The position numbers and the translations under genes were made by a program. Shown piece by piece: positions 24,408 to 27,922 of a stretch of 27,922 nucleotides of DNA; the stretch's first letter is position 1, and every line of letters begins with the position of its first letter. The stretch lies in the IMG/VR virus record IMGVR_UViG_3300012921_000075, positions 1-27,922 of that record; one strand, written 5' to 3'. The notes under the pieces are model-generated. The model ran no database searches. It was not told where the DNA came from and saw nothing but the letters and a program-made list of their open reading frames with translations. The stretch comes from a virus (taxonomy: Duplodnaviria; Caudoviricetes).

Positions 24408-24498
24408 TAAACGAAAAAACCCCTAGGGCCTCGTTCGGTGTGCAGCCGAGTGGCGAAACCCTAGGGGGTCCAAAATGTTTGTTGATCGGCTGCACCCC
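24396..24498 (-). ncRNA. Candidate P4 CI / P1 c4-like antisense-attenuator element
   Basis: Direct repeat ggctgcaccc at 24396-24405 and 24488-24497; its complement at 24440-24449 sits at the apex of a hairpin (24420-24467) ending in U6. Confidence 0.55.
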
Positions 24499-24567
24499 TC
24501 AGGATTCGCTAACCATTTGCGATGTAAAGCAAACCGGGTCCAGAATTCCCGAAATAGCGGTAGGGGC

Positions 24568-24595
24568 TTGTTTCGTCAGTGGGTGGATATATGAT
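24568..24595 (+). promoter_or_regulatory. Candidate sigma70-type promoter inside the right phage att arm
   Basis: TTGTTT (24568-24573), N16, TATGAT (24590-24595). Confidence 0.45.
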
Positions 24596-24618
24596 GTTGG
24601 TTCACCCACGTAGGCGTC
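24571..24618. other. Right att junction: phage arm 24571-24601, TC core at 24602-24603, host arm
   Basis: Inverted-repeat partner of 514-544; portal-like sequence stops at KDAYVG. Confidence 0.85.
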
Positions 24619-25242
24619 TTTCACCATCCGCAGCCGCAAGGTGCGCTTTGCTCCTCCTTCCATCCACTTTTCGTACCAGGCCGGGAATGCCCGGGCGAGC
24701 AACGCACAACCGTAGGGATTGCTGCGCTCGGCATCGAACGTGGTAACCAAAGCCTGGGGAGCCAGAAACGTGGATTCCTGCCCTCTGTCGCGCATGACGA
24801 AGCCGGCGAGGCGATCGTCCGCAAACAGCAAGCGGCACTTGCGCGGCTCGTGGTCCTTCAGGCGATCGAACTCGATCGCGCCATCGAACTCGCCGCCGCG
24901 AGCCTGGCGAAATTCAATCTCGAACGGCATGAATCCATAGTGCTTCGTGCGCAGTAACTGCTGCGCACTCGCCGACCAAAGTCGACGCCACTGCTGCTTC
25001 ACCCAGCGATTGAGTTGTGCATTGCGGCCAATCACGTCCACTTGAGCCGACATCAGCAGACCATTTCGCGCCCCCAGGCCGATGCGCACCTGTGGGTCGA
25101 ACCGCATCTCGTCGGCGATTTGCAAAGTGAAGGGCGGCAAGTCGGCCGGCTGATTCGGCGTGAGAGCCGGCGACGCTTCGCGAAGCCGGCGGCGCGAAGT
25201 CGGCTTGGGAAACAGCGAACGCAGCGAACGGAGCAGTTGCAT
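24604..25242 (-). pseudogene. 5' half (213 codons) of interrupted DUF935/Mu gp29-like portal gene; reads through into phage DNA to a stop at 24499
   Basis: DPQVRIGLGARNGLL, YGFMPFEIEF and NPYGCALLARAFPAWYEK resemble DUF935 portals. Confidence 0.8.
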
Positions 25243-25306
25243 TGGAGGATCCTTACAGAGAGTGGGCAGTCTGTTTCGATGCGGGGCGAAGCATCACGTA
25301 CGTCGT

Positions 25307-25801
25307 TCAGTCATAGAAGCTCTTACGACCACCGGCCGGCGGATTGCCCGTGCTTGTGTCGGGCACTCGGCGGATCTTGGCATATCGCTGGGCCAGGTCG
25401 GTCGTGAAGTTGATTACGGTCGGAATCGTTTCATGGCGGTTGACGGCCTGGGGCACCACTCGGGTACCAGCCGCGACATCCCGCAGTGCGGCGAGCGCAG
25501 TGACGCGCTGAGCTTCGAAGGAGTTCGGAAGAGGCTCGCCTTGGCGTGACGCCAGCAGAGCGACCGCCAGGAGAGCGTTGACGCTGCGACACCAGCTGTT
25601 CGGCACCAGATCAGCCAGCGTGTAGCGAACCTCCAAGTACGAATTCATTTCGGCAGCAGCCGCTTCGATTGCCCAATCGATATGAGCTTCCTCAACCGTG
25701 CTGAGAACTGCGTCGGCATTGTCATCTGCTGCCCCGAGCACACTGACCGGGTTCCAAAGCGATTCCAGGTCGCTGCGCGTGCAGTAAGTTTGAGTGGTCA
25801 T
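25307..25801 (-). CDS. Mu gp36-like (DUF1320) head-completion protein
   Basis: YCTRSDL, AIEAAAAEMNSYLEVRY and ALAALRDVAAG motifs. Confidence 0.85.
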   Translation of the reverse strand: MTTQTYCTRSDLESLWNPVSVLGAADDNADAVLSTVEEAHIDWAIEAAAAEMNSYLEVRYTLADLVPNSWCRSVNALLAVALLASRQGEPLPNSFEAQRVTALAALRDVAAGTRVVPQAVNRHETIPTVINFTTDLAQRYAKIRRVPDTSTGNPPAGGRKSFYD

Positions 25802-25968
25802 GGTTCAGGCCTTCATGTGGATGCTCGGCTTTGACGCCGAATGTGCCGGCGGTGAGATTGAGCTTCTCGACGTTCCATGGAAGCGTCCTCATGAGCGGAG
25901 GACGCTTCGTTCAGTCCTCACCCAGCTGGAGAGGACGTTGCGACATCGGCGGGCGATACACCCCCCGA

Positions 25969-27075
25969 CTACGCGATTTGCCCGTAGGCAACTGCGTCGG
26001 GAAGGTAAAGCGCCGGCAGTCCATTGAAGACAGCGCACAGTTCCCAGCCGCTCGGATCGTGGGTCGGATAGGAGTAGGGATAGAACCCAAACTGCTCGTT
26101 CCGCGGGCCGCCGGGCCCTTCGGTCACGATCTCCGAGCCCTCCAGGTACTGCACCCAGCGCGGAGAAGGTTCCGGGAAGAAAGCCGCGTGATCGTCCTCG
26201 ATCAGCTTCGTGAACTCTTCGTTCACGCCGTTCCAGACACTCAGGCCGTAGTCGATCACGTGGAACGTGACCCAAGGTAGTGCTCGCAACACGGCGGTGA
26301 ACTCGCCGGCGCCGACGCGCTTCAGAGACTGCCAGGCCACATCGGCCGAACCTCCCTGGGCCTGCACCTTCGTGTTCTCGAGCACATGCCGCCAACCGGT
26401 GCTGGTGAGCACCACATGGGCGAGTCCCATCCCAGTCAGCCGCACCATCGCGACGTTCATATTGTGCAACTGCTGCGGAATGTCGGCTGCGGAGTTCGAC
26501 CAGAGCGTGTCGAGGATGCCCCCCTCGCCGAGCATGTCGAGGCTTCCCTGGTTTCCGGTGGGAATCTGAAAGCCAACCGAGGTTCCCGTGCCACTGAACG
26601 AATGCCGCATCTCATCACCGTCGTTCACGAACACGTACGAGCCTCGCAACATGGCGGCACTTTGGAACTCGATCAGGTTCGCGAACCGCTGTGCGAGGTA
26701 GACCTCCTGGCGAGTGATGTAACTTTCGCCGTCGTGATCGAGTTCGTCCACCGAGCGGCCGAGCGCCCGGCGGTTCAGCATCTCTTCGTCGAGCAGCGGA
26801 ATGATTTCCGTCGAGCGAGGGAAGGTGCCAGTGACGTTTCGAATGTGCTGCGGCGCTTGCCGGCTGGCCGATTGCGCGGGCATTCGCCCGACTGCAATCG
26901 ACTGAGTTGCGCGAATCACGTCGTACGAAAAATTGCGCCCCGATTGCCGAGCGACATTCTTGCCGGAGAAACCCCAGCCGAATAATCGCTGCAGCGAAGT
27001 GCCGGGCAGTTCGAGCTGCGAGACGGCCTTCAGAATGGTTTTTGGAGCCAAAACCTGTGCGGTAGGAACACCCAT
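25969..27075 (-). CDS. Major capsid protein (lambda gpE-like) of the outer cluster
   Basis: AGGAG before ATG 27075; RFANLIEFQSAAMLRG, WSNSAADI and C-terminal GLPALYLPDAV; follows a decoration-like gene. Confidence 0.75.
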   Translation of the reverse strand: MGVPTAQVLAPKTILKAVSQLELPGTSLQRLFGWGFSGKNVARQSGRNFSYDVIRATQSIAVGRMPAQSASRQAPQHIRNVTGTFPRSTEIIPLLDEEMLNRRALGRSVDELDHDGESYITRQEVYLAQRFANLIEFQSAAMLRGSYVFVNDGDEMRHSFSGTGTSVGFQIPTGNQGSLDMLGEGGILDTLWSNSAADIPQQLHNMNVAMVRLTGMGLAHVVLTSTGWRHVLENTKVQAQGGSADVAWQSLKRVGAGEFTAVLRALPWVTFHVIDYGLSVWNGVNEEFTKLIEDDHAAFFPEPSPRWVQYLEGSEIVTEGPGGPRNEQFGFYPYSYPTHDPSGWELCAVFNGLPALYLPDAVAYGQIA

Positions 27076-27139
27076 GACAAACTCCTGGAAAATCAGCGTT
27101 GAAAGGAAAACTGAAGCGGTGAACGAGCGCGGAGCAGGC

Positions 27140-27922
27140 TTAGCTGACGGTTGCCGTTGTGCCGCCAAGATTGGTCACGACCCACCGCAGTGTGTCGGTA
27201 GCGATATACATGCACTCGACGAGCACCTGGCTGCCGATCTTCTGAGAAGCGGTGCTGAACGCCACTTGGGATGCAGTGCTGCTTCCTTTGTGGACGATAT
27301 TGCTGAGCGCGCTGGCAATCGCCAGGTCGGCATCGGCGGTCTGCACAAAGCGATAGGCGAGGCCGTTCTGCGGCGTCGGTAGCGTGAACGTGACCGCTGC
27401 CGTGGCCACGAAAAGCAGCCCGTTATCTCCGGCCGTGACGATGTAGTTCGCTCCCTTGCGATACACGCCGCGCGGGTGCATGAGCACGCCAACCGCCGCG
27501 GCCTGATCGCGATCGAAGACGAATCGCGAGGCCAATTGCTGCTTGCCGCGCGGGTCGAGCCCGACAAGCTGGCTTTCGCGCACCAGGCCGTGCACGAGCA
27601 TTTGCGTGAAACGATCGGTGGCAACTCCCTCAAGGAGCATGCTCTGCGGCTTCTCCAGCACGCCGGCTGCAATCTGCTGACCATTGTTTGCGTCGGGATC
27701 GTAGATGCTGGCCTTTCCGCCGGTGTCCTGCACGGCGAGGACCATACCGCCTCGCAAGACGGTCTCAGGCGAGTTCCCCGGGTCGACGGCCGCTGAATCG
27801 ATCGTGACCGATCTTGTGGCGACGAGATCCTGCCCCCGGCGGCCGACCCAAGTGACTTGCACTTCCTGCGATTCCACGGCTGGCTGGAGCCCTGGAACAT
27901 TTCCTGTGGTGAACTGCGACAT
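27140..27922 (-). CDS. Head decoration-like protein with a C-terminal beta-rich extension
   Basis: VLRGGMVLA...IYDPDANNGQQIAAGVL resembles head decoration proteins; lies directly upstream of the capsid gene. Confidence 0.65.
   Translation of the reverse strand: MSQFTTGNVPGLQPAVESQEVQVTWVGRRGQDLVATRSVTIDSAAVDPGNSPETVLRGGMVLAVQDTGGKASIYDPDANNGQQIAAGVLEKPQSMLLEGVATDRFTQMLVHGLVRESQLVGLDPRGKQQLASRFVFDRDQAAAVGVLMHPRGVYRKGANYIVTAGDNGLLFVATAAVTFTLPTPQNGLAYRFVQTADADLAIASALSNIVHKGSSTASQVAFSTASQKIGSQVLVECMYIATDTLRWVVTNLGGTTATVS

Larger units (their letters stand above)
512..24603. mobile_element. Integrated HK97-type prophage, 24,090 bp on excision
   Basis: Serine integrase at one end, att junctions at both ends, complete terminase-portal-protease-capsid-neck-tail module, and lower GC with different word usage than the flanks. 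Confidence 0.93.

Noticed and set aside
25969-27168. Outer capsid start at 27168
   Set aside because: It overlaps the upstream gene; ATG 27075 has an AGGAG SD.
1005-27900. Long antisense or alternate-frame ORFs such as 1005..1649, 12004..12606, 13572..14216, 26386..26985 and 27175..27900
   Set aside because: They shadow well-supported genes and show no motifs or start signals.
1-27922. tRNA, rRNA or IS elements
   Set aside because: None recognised; the integration target is a protein-coding gene rather than a tRNA.

Overview
The window holds a compact 24,090-bp HK97-type (siphovirus-like) prophage inserted inside the portal-like gene of a second, more GC-rich phage-head gene cluster. The outer cluster runs head decoration, major capsid, Mu gp36-like, DUF935-like portal, all on the minus strand. 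Both att junctions can be read directly: a shared TC dinucleotide at 512-513 and 24602-24603, flanked by imperfect inverted-repeat attP arms. Precise excision would rebuild an in-frame 383-aa portal ORF. The inner prophage encodes a large serine recombinase, a plus-strand cassette (virion-like protein, GT9-TylF fusion, DUF2341-like and LamG proteins), a full head-tail module with a -1 frameshifted tail chaperone, HNH, small HTH/RHH proteins and an HUH Rep-like protein. No repressor or lysis genes were recognised. Unexplained structure includes: an nTAnATA-N4-ATG leaderless-type motif before seven genes; SD-sequestering hairpins tied to that motif; a P4 CI / P1 c4-like RNA element near the right end; and non-structural proteins carrying short copies of virion-protein segments. 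All family calls come from motif recognition by eye, with no database searches. A Planctomycete-like host is only a guess.
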